DNA of 64,000 nt from Batkoa obscura (GCA_030770535.1 JASVEC010000022.1:1-64000); one strand, 5' to 3'. Shown: positions 29,402-44,086, counted from the stretch's first letter. The notes: generated by a model not told the origin, from the sequence alone. Program-made: numbers and translations.

Positions 29402-30656
29402 CTTAATTAAACTCAATTTAACTTTCTTTAGTATGTAAATAAATGTTATTCAATAACAAAACTTAAAAATTTGATAATGAAACTACATTCGACCTGCTTC
29501 TATTTATACTATCTCTTGATAGATATGTATAATTATATTATGTTTTATTTTTATCTTTTTTAATAGATTAGTTATAACATACAACTTTAGCTAACTCTAC
29601 AATTAACTTTTATAGTCATTAATTTTATAATTCTATTAAGGAATTATTTTGTAATTTTATAGAACATTAAGAGTCTATTATTAGTTTACAAACGGCTTAA
29701 TTTAATAAATTCAATAGATAAAAGGTGATAAATTTAATAAATCTATAAATGATGGTTTTATCTAATAAATTTCATACAGAATATATTATAATGAACCTTT
29801 AGCAACAATTCTTTCAAATTTGACGCTACAAACATATAACGTTAAATTAAACTTAATAGTAAATTAAACAAAATATTTGAACATTAAAATTTATGTTATA
29901 CTTAAGAGTAAGAATATACATATATTCTAGTTATTTTATATTATGAATTGTCATACTTGTTGGTATTTGATTTTTCATAAATAAATATTTGCATGAATTA
30001 ATATACAGAGTTTATTTAATATCTTCATCCTGCTATCGCTTATATTTCAAACATAAAAATATAGAGTAATTAGTTTACAAAACTTTTCACCTTGGTTCTA
30101 AAAAGAAATAATTAACTCGGTAATTGATTGGCTCTTCAAGGTTTTAAAATAACTTGATGAATTTAATATCAAAGTTCTGAATAAAAGAAATGAAGCACAA
30201 TATACAATATGTGACATGGATTTTGAATAATGTTGTATCGAGATTTATCATAGGCCAATAAAATTATGAAGAAAGATTATATAGATGAATGTTCATTATT
30301 TATTATTTTGAGATTCTAGGATTTCATATTTCTAATAAAATTATATAGCAACTAAGTATCAAGGATCAATTGAATATAGTTATGAACGTAATGGTATTTT
30401 ACACGCTTCTATGTATTTGGTATAAGCCAGTAGTTTTAAAGGATTGTTTTATTGCAAGTAATTATGCTAACAAAATCTACAAGATGATTTATCTATTTAG
30501 ATTTTCTAATTTTTTTATGATAGATTAAATTACTTATAACACCTATAGAGCTACCAAGAAGTTAATTAAATATTAAATTCAGTCCTTATTAGTTTAATTC
30601 TAAAATAAGTCAAACAATAATTTGACTTATTAAAATAAACAGTGCCAAGTTCTGAA

Positions 30657-30759
30657 TATGTGGTGTTTTTTTTGGCTTCATCACTTTTTCCATTTTTTAA
30701 GCACTGCTTGAGTGGGAAAATTATTTGTAGAATTCTTAAACAAAAAATATATCCTCATA
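30657..30759 (-). mobile_element. MITE family A copy (diverged)
   Basis: TATGTGGTGTTTTTTTTGGCTTCATCAC...ATATCCTCATA is the reverse complement of the family consensus. Confidence 0.8.
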
Positions 30760-31385
30760 TTATATTTAGACCTATTTATTCTAAAAAACTATTTTGGTAA
30801 AAAGATGAAGTAGTAAAGTCAAGATTTTATACTTAATGTGTTTATAAAACCGCCCTAAGATGCCCAAGTTAGCGTAAAAGCTCTAACTGCAATGAGAGAC
30901 AAAACTATAAAAAAGTTTAGAGGGTAATAGTTATGGAAAGGATAAAATTGCCTCAAGAGAATTGCTTTGAAGAAGCTATGTAAGGCAACTTATACACATA
31001 TAAACTATTAGTATATGTAATTAAAGTCTTATTCTAACTTTCGGTTTCAGAACTGCTTTGTAATATACTTCAAACTTAAGCTGCTTTAATTGAAAATTGT
31101 ACAATACATGGGTTAATGAAAGCTTTATATTTTAGCGTTTAAAAGGGGTATTCTATTAATCAAACTAGTTGTCAATGGCTAATAATAATATTTGCACGTT
31201 AATAAGTTGTATACTTAGTAATTATTTTAAAATAAAATACACTCTTAATGATATTAGTATATTTATAAAATCAGCTACTATTCGATAAATTTTTCTACAC
31301 ATTTATATAAAAGTAACATTTTATTTATATAAAAAATACTTCTAAAAATATTTTACTATATGCAGTATTTTAAAATGACTTATTA

Positions 31386-31491
31386 TATGGGGATGTATTT
31401 TTCTGTTTAAGGATTTTACTAACAATTTTTCCGCTCAAATAGCGCTTAAAAAATGAAAAAAGTGATAAAGCCAAAAAAAAACACCCCCATA
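31386..31491 (+). mobile_element. MITE family A copy
   Basis: TA|TATGGGGATGTATTTTTC...AAAACACCCCCATA. Confidence 0.85.
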
Positions 31492-31777
31492 TTATAATAA
31501 TCAAATTGTCATTAACAAAGTCTATTAATTAGATTGATTATACTTAATTATAATTTAATAAATCCTTAGGTATTTAAAAATTACTTTCATATATAATGTT
31601 TCTTTTAACAATAATTTTATTGATCTAAAATTTTTGAGCTAATAAAATGTAAAAAATTATTAGATACTATCTTTGTTTTATTTCCACATTTTTATTCAAT
31701 ATTTTAAAACTCGATTTTATTAATTTATATAAATTTATAAACTTTATTTTAATACCTATAATAAATACGAAGTCAAT

Positions 31778-32010
31778 AAGGGTAATCTTTAAAAAATGAA
31801 AAGTAATTAGCTATTGACGTGACCATATAACTATTTAAACCTCATTAAAGACAAGAAAGCCATTGCAACTAATTAAATATAAACTTAACAAGGGTAATTA
31901 TTTTTAAACAATAAGAAAGGAATGACTATTAACATTGATCACATAACCATTTAAACCTCATTGAAATTAATAAATTTATTATGATTAATTAACTAAAATC
32001 TAGACAAATC
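31778..32010. repeat. Diverged tandem duplication, period ~112 bp
   Basis: AAGGGTAAT...ATAAC[TC]ATTTAAACCTCATT occurs from 31778 and again from 31890. Confidence 0.65.
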
Positions 32011-32665
32011 TTTTAATAAAATAAGGTTCTATTTGTATAGTAAAGGCTTATAATATTGTTATTATTTATATTAATAGCAATATAATTAATTATAGTAATT
32101 GACACTACTAAAAGTACCCTTTTTACATAAACAAGTTTTATTAATTTCTACTAAATATAATATTATCTCTTTTTTTAAATAAATTTTCAATTTTCAATCT
32201 TCCATTAAATTTTATTAATATAGCCTAATACTTTACATTCATGTATTGATAACAATTAAAATTTATATGATATTTAGGATAAATGACAATTATTAATAAA
32301 TTTTATTTAACTAGATTATTAATTCATTTTGCTGTTTTAGTTTAACTAATGAAATATTCAAACTAAAAATTTATATCACCCAATCATACCTCGAATACTG
32401 ATTTTAAGCCAATCATCTGTTATTTTTTAAACCCATAAATTACCTTATTTAGTAGTCTGCAGACTTAGGATAAAGTGATGCAGGAATTACCCAAGCCAAT
32501 AAATTATCTCAAATTTTACCTAATCATAAGCTTAGACATAACTTCAAAAGTACCTTTTTAGATTTAACCGCATAAACAAAAAAAATTAATGATTGATTTA
32601 TGAGTGTATTTAAATAGCAACAAGCCATCTTTCAAGTTCCATTGTCATTATCCCTTTTTTAAGCC

Positions 32666-34038
32666 ATGTATTTAAATTCTTCCAAATTTACCATCACTAC
32701 CATAGATAATATGTCTGCATTACCTTGGTTATTGATCTTGGGCTCAAGTTTATCATCAATACTTGGAGGTAATTTCCAATATTGCATTCAAATTTCAAAC
32801 TTTAATCCCTTTATTTTTTTTTAGCTACCATTGTATATTTAGATATTCCAGTTCAACGTTTTACCAAATACAAAAATTTTTCATTTTCTGAAAACAAATT
32901 ATTTATTACTACCGTATTATCTTTATCCGGTGGTATTTTATTCTATTCTAGTCAAATGATCTTATTACCTGAAGCTTATGAAACTGTAAAATCTGTATCT
33001 ATATTTGAAGACTATGCTCTTTTCTATACTTCCTTATTTTATTCCATTGGTTTAGGTTTCATTTTATTAATCAATAAATTAATATCTTATGTTGCTCCTT
33101 CTGCCATTGCCTGTCCTTGCAGCCATGAAGAGAACAAAAAATCACCCAAAATTGAATTTTCCAAATTCGTTAATTCCCCACTATCTCCACCCATCAGTCC
33201 AGGCTCAATGAATTCGGATTTAACTTTATCTGAAAGATCCCCATTATCCAGGGCCTCTTCAACAAGTCAAGTGATCACTTATTCTACTTTGCCAAGACCT
33301 TGTCCACCAGGTCGCTGTTTATCATCTCAACGTAATCCAACTTTATTATCATTAGAGTGTCAATGTGAATTCATCCCAGTGCTTGGACCAGATGGTCAAA
33401 CAGTTTGGGCTTTTACGCCATTTCAAGATATGACAAGGTTTTCACATATATCTTGCCATACTACGATAGAAGAAGCTACTGCTGATAATTGTGATTGTTT
33501 AGAGCCTAAGCCATTAACAGAAATCAAAGTCAGACGCGAAGATGTTGAACAACATAATATTATGTTCGGAGTTGGTGTACAAACTGCCGTAGCTATTACT
33601 TTACATAAATTACCAGAAGGTTTAATTACTGTTATGGGTACTCAATCGAATGTTTTACTAGGCTTAGGATTATTTATTGGTATCTTTTGTCATAATTTAC
33701 CTGAAGGATTTATGCTTGCTGTTCCTATCTATGCAGCTACTGCTAGTCGTTTTAAAGCCTTCTTATTTGCTTCAGTCGTCGGCGGACTTACCCAACCATT
33801 AGGTGGTCTATTAGGCCTTTACCTTTTGGATAAAATTGAGCAATCCCATCTCACTCTATTTAATGCCATTTTGTTTCCATTGACTTCAGGTATTATGCTG
33901 ATGGTTATCTTAAAGTCATTCTTGCCTGCAGTCAAAAGACAGCTTAAAAATAAGAATGATTTTCTATGTCCAGTAATGGCTTTTATTACTGGGTTTTTAG
34001 CTATGGCTACCTTCACTCATCTATTTGGAGATGTTTAA
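32666..34038 (+). CDS. ZIP family (ZupT/GufA-like) metal transporter; 2 exons
   Basis: AVAITLHKLPEGL, GIFCHNLPEGF, GGLTQPLGGLLG; exon 1 starts at 32666 (alternative ATG 32711). Confidence 0.9.
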
Positions 34039-34223
34039 GCAGTCTGTAGATATTTTATTACTCTTTTATTTATTCCTTTTTTTGCTTAATAAATTACGTT
34101 TTTTAAAAAATTTTAAAAGTCAACTATATGTTTAAAAAGTTAAAAAAGAATTTTCAATAGTAGCAATTTATTTTAATTCAAAAACTCTAATAACATCAAA
34201 AAATAAAACTTAAAAACATAACA

Positions 34224-37200
34224 TCAATTCAACTTCATTTTGTCTTCTACTTTTTTTAAAAGCATCTTAGAATATTCTTCTAAAAGTTCCAACCTTTGTT
34301 GTTCAAACTTTGACTCTTCTTTTTGCTCTAAAGGTACTACTTCCAATAATATATCCCTCAAAACTATCAATTCCTTTTCCATCCCCTTTTTTCCATCCCC
34401 TTCTTCATTTCTATACAATAAACACATCTCCCTTAGTTGATTAGTCAAATTAATAATATTCAATTTTGATTCCCCATCATTCTTTCTCATCTCCATTTCG
34501 CTTTTCTCACTCTTTTGATCTTTTACTTCAGTATCTTCCTTGTACATTGAACTCAAAAATATTTCCTCCCTTTTATTGACTTCATTATTCAAACTACTAC
34601 TTTTTAATCCTCGTTCCTTCAACTTGTTGATAATACTATCTTTCATACCTTTAACTCTTTCTCTAGTACTAGAAATTTCATCCATTTTCTTTTGATCTGT
34701 TACCTTGTTTTCTTTTACTTCATTATTTATCTTTTCTTCAATATTATCTAATGTAATTGATAAACTATGTAAATTAGATGAAAGTGGCCTTGGAGTCGTT
34801 GGGGACATAATTAATTGTCTAATACCTAGTTGATTGGTTCCTAATAGTTTTTCAGCCTCTTCTGGTAATTTAATACTTAGTTTTGGTGGCTCTGGTATAG
34901 CAATTGAAGATCTAGAACGACGTAATTTACCTAGTACTGTTGAAGTTGTTAAATTATACCCTTTATTGTTATTTTCCATTCGATTATCCATTCCGTTTTT
35001 ATATCTAGGTAAAGGTGTTATAGTATTATTAGAAAATGGGGATACATTTGGTATATTATTATTATTATTATCGGATACTCCTTTTTTAAATCTTTGTGTC
35101 ATTTGATTGGAATTTAATGCTAAAAACCTAGAACTTAAACTACGTCGATGAGTAGGTAATGACATACTAATCGCGTGGTTAAAAGGTTGTTCCAAATCAT
35201 CTTCTAAGTTTATATCATCTTCATGGAAGTCAATAGGTGAAGCCATCTCAGTAATCTCTTCCATCTCTTCTTCTTGCTGCCCATCTTTATCTGAGGATGT
35301 AGGTGAATGTGAATGATTGTTATTGCCGTTCTCATGATCATCTTTTGTTACATGAAACACATGATTGTTTTGTACATCAAATGCTTCTTCCACAAAATAA
35401 AATTCATTGATAATCTCATCAATACTATCATTGTCTGAATTGATTGTTATTTTATTATTATTTTCATCTTGTGATTTTTCATAAAATTTAGCCAAATGAT
35501 TATATGTAAAATCAAGGGATGAACTCAGTTTAGTATTACATTCCATCGATTCTTTGGCTATTATTGGCTTTGGTTTAGAATTAGAATTAAATACTGAAAT
35601 TCCGTTTGATTCAATTTTCTGTGACCATTTATTATCCTTTTCTTTTTCATTTGTTGAAGATACAACATCCACTGAATTAGATCTCATCCTTACATGAGTA
35701 CGTAGCTTAGATATTTTAGGCATGTTACCTCCTTTATTACTATCTTCATCTATCGTATTTTTATTATTAGAAAAATATTCTAAATCTCCCTTCTTACCCA
35801 TTGGACTGATAAGCTTAGCTAATTTATTTCTCATTTGACTAGCCAAAGTAGGCGCCACTTTCCAAATATACACACAGCCATCTCCAGAGGTAGATATAAG
35901 CTTATTGCAATCATATGAAAATTTTACTGAAGTAATCATCTCTGAATGACCTAAGCAGGAGCTTATAAATTGACCATTGTTTAAATCAAACAAACGTACA
36001 TTTTTGTCAGGTCCACCAATACAAGCAAATAAACCCGAAGCATCTAAAGCTATTCTAGAAATAGAAATATCTTCCCCATTGTCCGGCTTATAACTATTAA
36101 TTAACTTACCAGTTTGTACATTAAATTGGAGTATCTTTTTGTCTTGAGATACTACTGTAACTGTATTACTAAAATGATCGGGTGCCATTGAATACAATGT
36201 TGCTTTACCACAATATTTACTATATTGTGTATAATAAGGTAAATTAAATTTTTCCTTACTACCTCGAAATATAATACTTTTATCTGCACCACAGCTTACT
36301 AAACAATTACCTTGATCAAAGAACTTCACTGAAGCTATACAAGCTGAATGATCATCCAATGTTTGTACTAATTTAAAACTTGAATGGGACATTGAGAATA
36401 CGTGAATTAACCGGTCTCTTGAACAAGAAGCAATATAGTAAAATACATTATCATCATTTAGCATTGTTAATACATCTAAATCCATAATCTCCGCATCATG
36501 GGCTTCTTGATAAGTTATAAGTTCATATGTTTTCATATCATGGACTCTTAAGTTTCCATTTCTATCACCAGTAACTAAATATTTACCATCTGAGGTTAAT
36601 TTCAAACATCGTATACCTCTATTAGGTTCATAATTTGATTTCAAATGCGAATTACTTGATCTTGCTCTTTCAGTAGGTTGAATATCCGGATGTTGATACT
36701 TCAAAATTAAATCCTCTTCAATATAAATAATCTTTAATAATTCTTTTGAAAATATATTTTGCTGTGATAAATTATTATTTAAATTCCAAATCCTTACTGT
36801 ACCATCTGAACCACAGCTTAAAAATTGCTGTTTATCTTTATTATTTATGACTTCACTGCCCCAAATAGAATCACTGTGAAATAGGGAACTACGGAACTTA
36901 CTTATCTTTTTTAAATTGGTTATATCCCATATATAATAACTTCTATCACAATAAACAATTACTGCTTTTGTAGCATTATAATTTAATTTAACAATCGAAG
37001 CATCTGGGAAACTGTTAGTTTCGTTTTGTTCCACTCGATAAACAGTATCTTTGTAATCCGATAAATTTACTCCAAGCGGATGAGGTTTAGGTAAAGTACC
37101 AAGATAACTTAGATCTTTTGATAAAAATAAGCGCACTATACCATCTTCACAGCCACAAATTAGAGTATTATGATTGTAATCAAGAGATAAAGCAGATTTC

Positions 37201-38420
37201 ACTTTTAAATCAATAAATTTATCAATTTTTCTTTCCTTATTAAAAGAACATAAAAATCCATCTTTTGTAATAGCATAGCATAAAGCAGCATCGTTGGTAC
37301 ACGTAACATCAACGAAATTACTATCTTTAAAATTACCTAAGATTCCACTACGACCTTCTAATACTTGAATCTTTTATAGTTTTATATAATAATAATAATT
37401 ACTTTAATAAATATAATTAATTTTTAAACTTTTTTTATAAAAACATACTGTTAATCCAGAAGCATTACTATTTTTGAAATACCAAAATTTTAGATGTCTT
37501 AAGCCTGAGGTTACACAAAATTCCCCATTTAAGGCCATGGCTAAAGAAGATACCTAAATTTTTTAAAGTTTGTTATTTAATTCTATTACTCAATTTAAAT
37601 ATTGTAAATTACTTTAGCCGTTATTCTATTACTAGCTATTTTTAATCCATGTCGCCAATTCCATATGTTTAATACACCATCATGCTTATCAATGAATAAT
37701 AATCAATACGAAAAACTGATAAAAAATAAATAACACTTACTTGATACCCCAAAGAAATCAAACTCTTACTATCAGGAGTGAATTTAATCCCCAACACTCC
37801 AAACTTATGTCCTTTTAGCTCTGCTACATATTTTTCTGCTTCAAAATCCCACACCAATACCCTTGGATTATGACCTGTCTATTCAATATAAAAAATAAAT
37901 CTTATAAACTACGAATAAAAAATAACTCACCTCTCCGACCGCAAGGTATTTACCATCCGGTGAAAATGCTGTTGAAACCACTGTCTTTGGGGCTGTATTT
38001 ACATTTTTATTTCCCACTATTCCGCCCCCAACCCCACCCCCATTCCCTGAAAAAACTGGAGTTTGAGTAGCTATTGGACTACTTATATTTTCTAACTGAC
38101 AGCTTTCGTTCTTAGAAATTAAAAAAGGTCCTTGTAAATTTTTATCCCAGTTATAACAAACCACTGTACATCCTGCTGGATAAACCATATTACTACTTTC
38201 TGGATGTAATGAAACTGAGGGGTTTGTTAAATTCGTTATACCATGAATCGTTTCGAGTTCTAACTAAGTGAGAGAATAGGTTAGTAAGAGGGATGTTAGC
38301 TATTATTGAGGGTGGGATTACTGTTGATGTCTTTGTGGTGGTTAATGTATGACGTCGTAAACGTCGCATCTTTAAGTTACCAGCTGCGTCATAGTTTGAT
38401 TTTAAGGGTGTTTGTCGCAT
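34224..38420 (-). CDS. WDR62/MAPKBP1-family WD40 protein; multi-exon
   Basis: YPAGCTVV, AFSPDGKYLAVGE, ELKGHKFGV, TLPKPHPLG, VTGDRNGNLRVH, EAHDAEI, SRDRLIHVF, QTLDDHS, GHSEMITSVKF. Confidence 0.88.
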
Positions 38421-39182
38421 CCTTTTTTTTGATTTTTGAGAATAAATAAAGGAAGAAATAAAGAATAAAAGGACAAATTTTGTATTTTAATAGTTAATGG
38501 TTTATGTTTTATAATAATTAAATTGGATTTAATTATTTAATTTAAACTAAAATTGTTAGCGTTATTAGCTAACTTGTTTATTTCTTGTTTTTTTAACTTT
38601 AACTGAAAAGTTGGATTCTTTTGGAGTTGAAAAAAAGTGATATTATAATCTGTAAAAAATTCATGGAGTTTTAAATTGAATAAAAAAAGGAACAAGTTAT
38701 GTAAGATAAAAATGAATCTTCATTTGTTCTCTCTTTAAAAGTAATGTGTGATTATTGACTAAATAGGGTAATTATAACCTTATCCTTCGGCCATTTTACT
38801 CCCATCTCTCAATAAAACCCGTAGCTCTAAAACATTAATGTAGATAATTATGAATAGAAAGTAAAGTTATAAACTCTAATAGTAATAAAGCACTTCCTCA
38901 ATAGTAATTATATGGGTTGTTTATAATACTTGGAATATTTATTATTATAATATGTAATCATTATAATCATAGAGGTAATAACAAATTTATCTTAAAATAT
39001 TGATTTAACAATATTATGTAATAGTTTAGATGTTGTAACGTATTCTTTTTTTAAATTTAATAATTATTAAATTGTAAAATGACTTCATCAAGCATATATA
39101 TATTAAAAAGTAGAAAAATATTTATTACTTATATTATTTAAGAATATACTAAAAATGAGGACCAATAACCTCATTACTCTCC

Positions 39183-42100
39183 TTAAAGAGCTTGTGAATC
39201 CCTATTATTCCCTGTGGAAATCTGAGTGAGATTAAGATCTTCCAACATAGCCAACCTTTCAAGTGTAATTTCTTCAATACATTGTTCAATAAATTCTTTA
39301 TAATACTCAATGTTTTCCCCAAATACAGTATAAAGATGTTCTTTAACTTCTCTTCTTGTAATCGTATGTAAATCCGCATCTTGTAAAAAGTAATAGATTT
39401 CTTCACTAATCATTTGTTGACTCTGTTCAATGGCTTCTACTTGTTCTGGATAACTGGAGGATTTCATAGAATTTGAGATCATTGGGTTCGTGTTTTGTTG
39501 AGATGGTGCACTTGATTGAGTGTAAGCATCGGAAGCTAACTGATTATTATAATTAATAGATATTGAATATTCTGATGAATAATCGGAACCAACTACAGAC
39601 ATCATCTTTGGATCTCTAGGAGCAAAAGGTGGTAACCTTGCCACTTGTGAAGTTCTATTTAAAGAACCTTGTAAGCTGATACCAGATAACCTAGATGATC
39701 CCACTTCTTTATTAGTACTAATTTGTGTAGCAAAGGGGGATCCAGAATGTCTTGAATTCGATAGTTTAGAACCAATCGAGCTACGATCCAAAGTAAGCAT
39801 AATAGGTTGATCTAAGCTAGATTTACTATCTGTTGTAGTACTTGGTGGTAATGGGAAATTCTTAGCGATACCACCTAATTTCATTGCGTTTGCTTCACTA
39901 TTGTTTTGTACCTGCCAACTCATTCCACGTGACTTTTCTAAATTTTGTTCCATTGGACTCATTGGTTGGTGATTAAAGGTAGGTGAAACTGGGGAAACGG
40001 GCAAAGAGGTACGGGAGGCTGAGTTATTCATATCATTTACACTGCTACTGTTATGACCACTACTGCTATTACTGGTAGTTGGACTATTGTTGTTACTATT
40101 ATTATTACTATTGACATTATTTATATTACTTATTGTATTAAGTGGACTATTTTTAATCATATTACTATTCCTTGATTTTAAGCTTGTATTATCGCTGGGG
40201 GTACTGATGGGTACACCAGCACGATTGATATCTGTATAGAGAGAAGACATAGGTAGTTGTTTTGGAATTGAAGGTGATTTCTTTAAATAGCTCTTTTCAT
40301 ATGGAGTAAAGGTATATCTAGATTTATGAGTATTATCAAAGTTTTCTCCATCAATGGCTCCATGTGGTCTAGATCTTACTTGATCCCCGCCAAGATCATA
40401 CCAATTTAAATCATCCATTTTAATTAAAGAATAAATAGGGATGATGATATAATAGAAAGGTAAACCAATAGTAATATAATATAAGCAGCATAATAATAAA
40501 TTATTGTTCTTTTCGATAACACATGACAAGAATAAAACAACTACAATGAATAAAGTAACGATGGGAATTAATACAGAAGGTAAATCTAATTGTATCAAAC
40601 CTCTTAATAACATAGCATAAAAGTAGAGTAAGAATATTGGACTGAGTAATTGAGCTAAAAACTTAATTGAAATGACAACGAATGTAGTTATCTTTGATGA
40701 AAAGATACAAGAACTATTAAATAACTCAAATGTATTATGTAATTTAGTATTAAATAAATTTTTTTCTCTTTTTAATAATTGTTGAAATGATTGATAACTT
40801 AATGTAGTGGCCTTGGCTTCTTGAATATAACCCAATTTCATACCTTTCCAATGCTTTAATAAGCAAGTATGAATATATTGTTCTTCACCTAATAATACCA
40901 TATGTCTTGTATGTAAAGTAGTAATACGTTTATTAATAATATAACTTAATAAATCATAATCCATTAAACATAATGATCCAGTTGCTTGTTTTAATCGATA
41001 TAATATTAATCCTGATCTTAATTGAGTTATTAATTTGAATTTGAAATTGAAATAATTTTGTATATTTCTATTCAAATAATTGTGAAATAATTGTAAGGGA
41101 TATAATAAGAAATGATTGGAGATATCTTTTAATAAAATTTGTCCTGATACTGCTATATAATCTGAATTACGTTGCATAAAAGAAGTCATATGAATTAATG
41201 CTTTATTATCTAATAATATATCCCCATCCATATTTAATAAATAATCAAATTTTAAGGGATCAATTTCCAATTGGTCCATATGTAATTGAATATCTTCTTC
41301 TAAAGGTGTTAATAAATTTTCATTTGAAGTTAAACCATCCAAAAAATTTAGTAGGATTAATAATGAATCCCTTTTACCACGATTCCCATTTAATTCCATT
41401 TCATAATTATTTCCAACTTTAACAATTAATATATAAGGTACTCCATGATTTTCATTATAATAATGTCCTGAATATACTTTAGCAAAATTAATATTCTTTT
41501 TACCTAAACCTAAGCTTTGATATGTTTTTGATTTAGGTTCCATTCCATTATAGTTTAATATATCTAATAATGAATCTGTACATGAATTACCATCACTTAT
41601 TATCATTAATAATTTATTGTGATCTGTATAATGAGAATTAATCAAGGAATTAATACTACTTAATAATTCACTCTTTGTTTCATTAAAACAATTTAAAAAT
41701 AAAATACATTTACTATCATTATTAACATCTAATAAGTTGTGTTGTTGATAATTCATCAAGATTGATATTAAATTTAAAAATAAGCGAATAATTGTTATTA
41801 AAAAGGGTAATAAAATCATTATTATTGGTAAATACCATATCATACAATTACTATGAATACCAGCTAATTTACTGGGCATTAATTTACCTTTATAAATTAA
41901 ATTATCTAAACATAATTCAATTGCTTTAGAATTCTTTAAATTATTAAATTTATTAGTAATATCCTTATTTCTATCATTGATTATTAACTCATTCAATTGT
42001 TTATTAATAAAATAATTATTACTAGTAATATTGTTATTTAATATTAATAAACTAGTATCATAAACCTTATTATTTAATATAAAATAATTATTATTTAATT

Positions 42101-42831
42101 CGTTATTATTTAAATAAATATCTCCCATAATGTTCTTTTGATATTCTGAATACTCATTGTTTTCATAGAAACAAGGACCATCTTTACTATATTCATTATC
42201 TCCTTTCTTAACAGGACAATTGATCAACTTAAAATTATTGACTTTATAATAACTATTCATTAAAACTTTAAGCCAATTATCCATAGAATCAAAATCATTA
42301 TCATTAATACAATCATTAATTAAGTTATAAGGTGACAAATCTCTACCAGGTAAACGAGCAAATAAACTAAACTTTGGAAAAGAAAGTGATATATCTTTTC
42401 CTTTATTGTCATTACTAAATGAAGCTAACTTATTGATATTATTATTCTTCAAATTGACTACTTTACCATGAATTATATTATATCCTTCTTTTTCTACTGT
42501 TGATATTGAATACAGATTATTAGTATTACATATTACATTTGGTAAACCTTCGCCAATTATTAAAAATAAAATTGAGCTTAATATTGTTAATACTAAAAAT
42601 GAAACCTTTTCTCGATGAAATTGTACTTCGTCTAATTAAATTATAAATATATTATTTTTATATATTACTAAATGTAATTAATATAAACCTACCTTCTCCT
42701 TTAATGCCCATTGAATGAAATATTGAATTTGGTAAAAATAAAGTAAAAAAATAGCTTAATTTAATCCATAATCCTCTTTTAAATGTAATATTTTTACGAC
42801 TGGCAACAGTGCCTTCCATTTCATTACCCAT
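39183..42831 (-). CDS. Chitin synthase-like protein (division 2, class V/VII-like, C-terminal DEK_C, no myosin head) with degenerate catalytic motifs; 2 exons
   Basis: REKV, SDG, NFAKVYSGHY, VPYILIVKVG, NRGKRDS, TTLHTRHMVLLGEEQYI, PIYSLIKMDDLNW, FLQDADLHTITRREVKEHL. Confidence 0.85.
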
Positions 42832-43497
42832 CCTCTTATTTTGATATTAAGCTTATGTTAGTGAAAAATTAATTAATTTTTTTATCAAAAAAAATAAAAG
42901 TAGAATTAATTATAAAAAATTTATTGCTAATTCTTCATTCTCTGTTTGTTCCTTTTTTCACCCTTTGATTTTGATTTTTGTAAAATTCCTCCACATTCAA
43001 TTGTTGGTTTTGATTAGTTCAGGTTAATTAGAATCTTAAAAGAGATTTGATTAGCTGATTTTATGAAATTGATTTCAAATTAAGCCAATCAATTTGGAGA
43101 AGGCTTATTTTATGGTAACTTTGGTAAAAATTCTGTTCCCTGAAAAATAACTTGATTTATTTTAGGATGCTAATTTATTATTTCACTTATTTTTATTTAA
43201 TAATAGTTATTAATGAGTGTTGAAATTATAATATATGAATAGCTAAGATTTTATTTAGTAATTGATTTAATATATTTTTATTTAAATATATTTGCAATAA
43301 TATTGTTGTTATTAGTTTACTATACATTATATGCTCAACTTTTCGAAATCCCTACAATTTTAAGTGATTGATTGGCTTGTATTCAGTTTATTAAAATTTC
43401 GATTAATAAATTAAAAATAATTTACAATTACTAAAAATAACTTAAACTCATTTTTTTTTTATAAATCTCAATAATACATCACTACATCACTCACATA

Positions 43498-44086
43498 ATG
43501 GAATGGTCAACGATTATAGAAACTATAGGTAGCCTTCATCTTTACCTTATACCTTCTTATATATCTAATAATCTCCTTCTATTTACCCATAACAGAATTA
43601 CAAAAGCTAGAACTTTTTCAACGTAACCCAACAGATGAAGAAATCTATCAACAAGCTATAAACAATATTAAGCAGGAACATGGTACAGTAACAAACTATA
43701 TTAATAATGTAAAATTAGCTAGTTTGAAAAAAGAAGTAAAACTTTATGGAAATAAAGTAATATCAGAAACAGTCGATATTACAGAATTAAAAGATAATTA
43801 TTATTACATTGAAAATAGTGAACTTAAAAATGGTGAGGTTAATGGCGATTCTATTCTCTATCGTCCACGGGTTTTATTAGTGAAAAATGATTTTGGTTAT
43901 CATTTAGCTGAAGGAATAGAACATCATCTTATTTGGTCTTTAGAGAAATGGTGCAATCCAAAACAAATTTTGGGATTTTTAAAGAAGGAATTACCAGGAA
44001 GGGAATATGTTTTCTTTTTAAATCCAGGTCATTTAAGATCTATTAAAGAGGTATTCCATCTACATGTGTTTTCGAGGAAATTGTGA
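43498..44086 (+). CDS. DUF3605 / GIG1-like HIT-related protein; 2 exons
   Basis: MEWSTIIETI..LELFQR, LVKNDFGYHLAEGIEHHLIWS, FLNPGHLRSIKEVFHLHVF. Confidence 0.85.

Noticed and set aside
29950..31200. Possible decayed ORF or transposon remnants in the long intergenic region
   Set aside because: Only short open stretches with no recognisable transposase or RT motif
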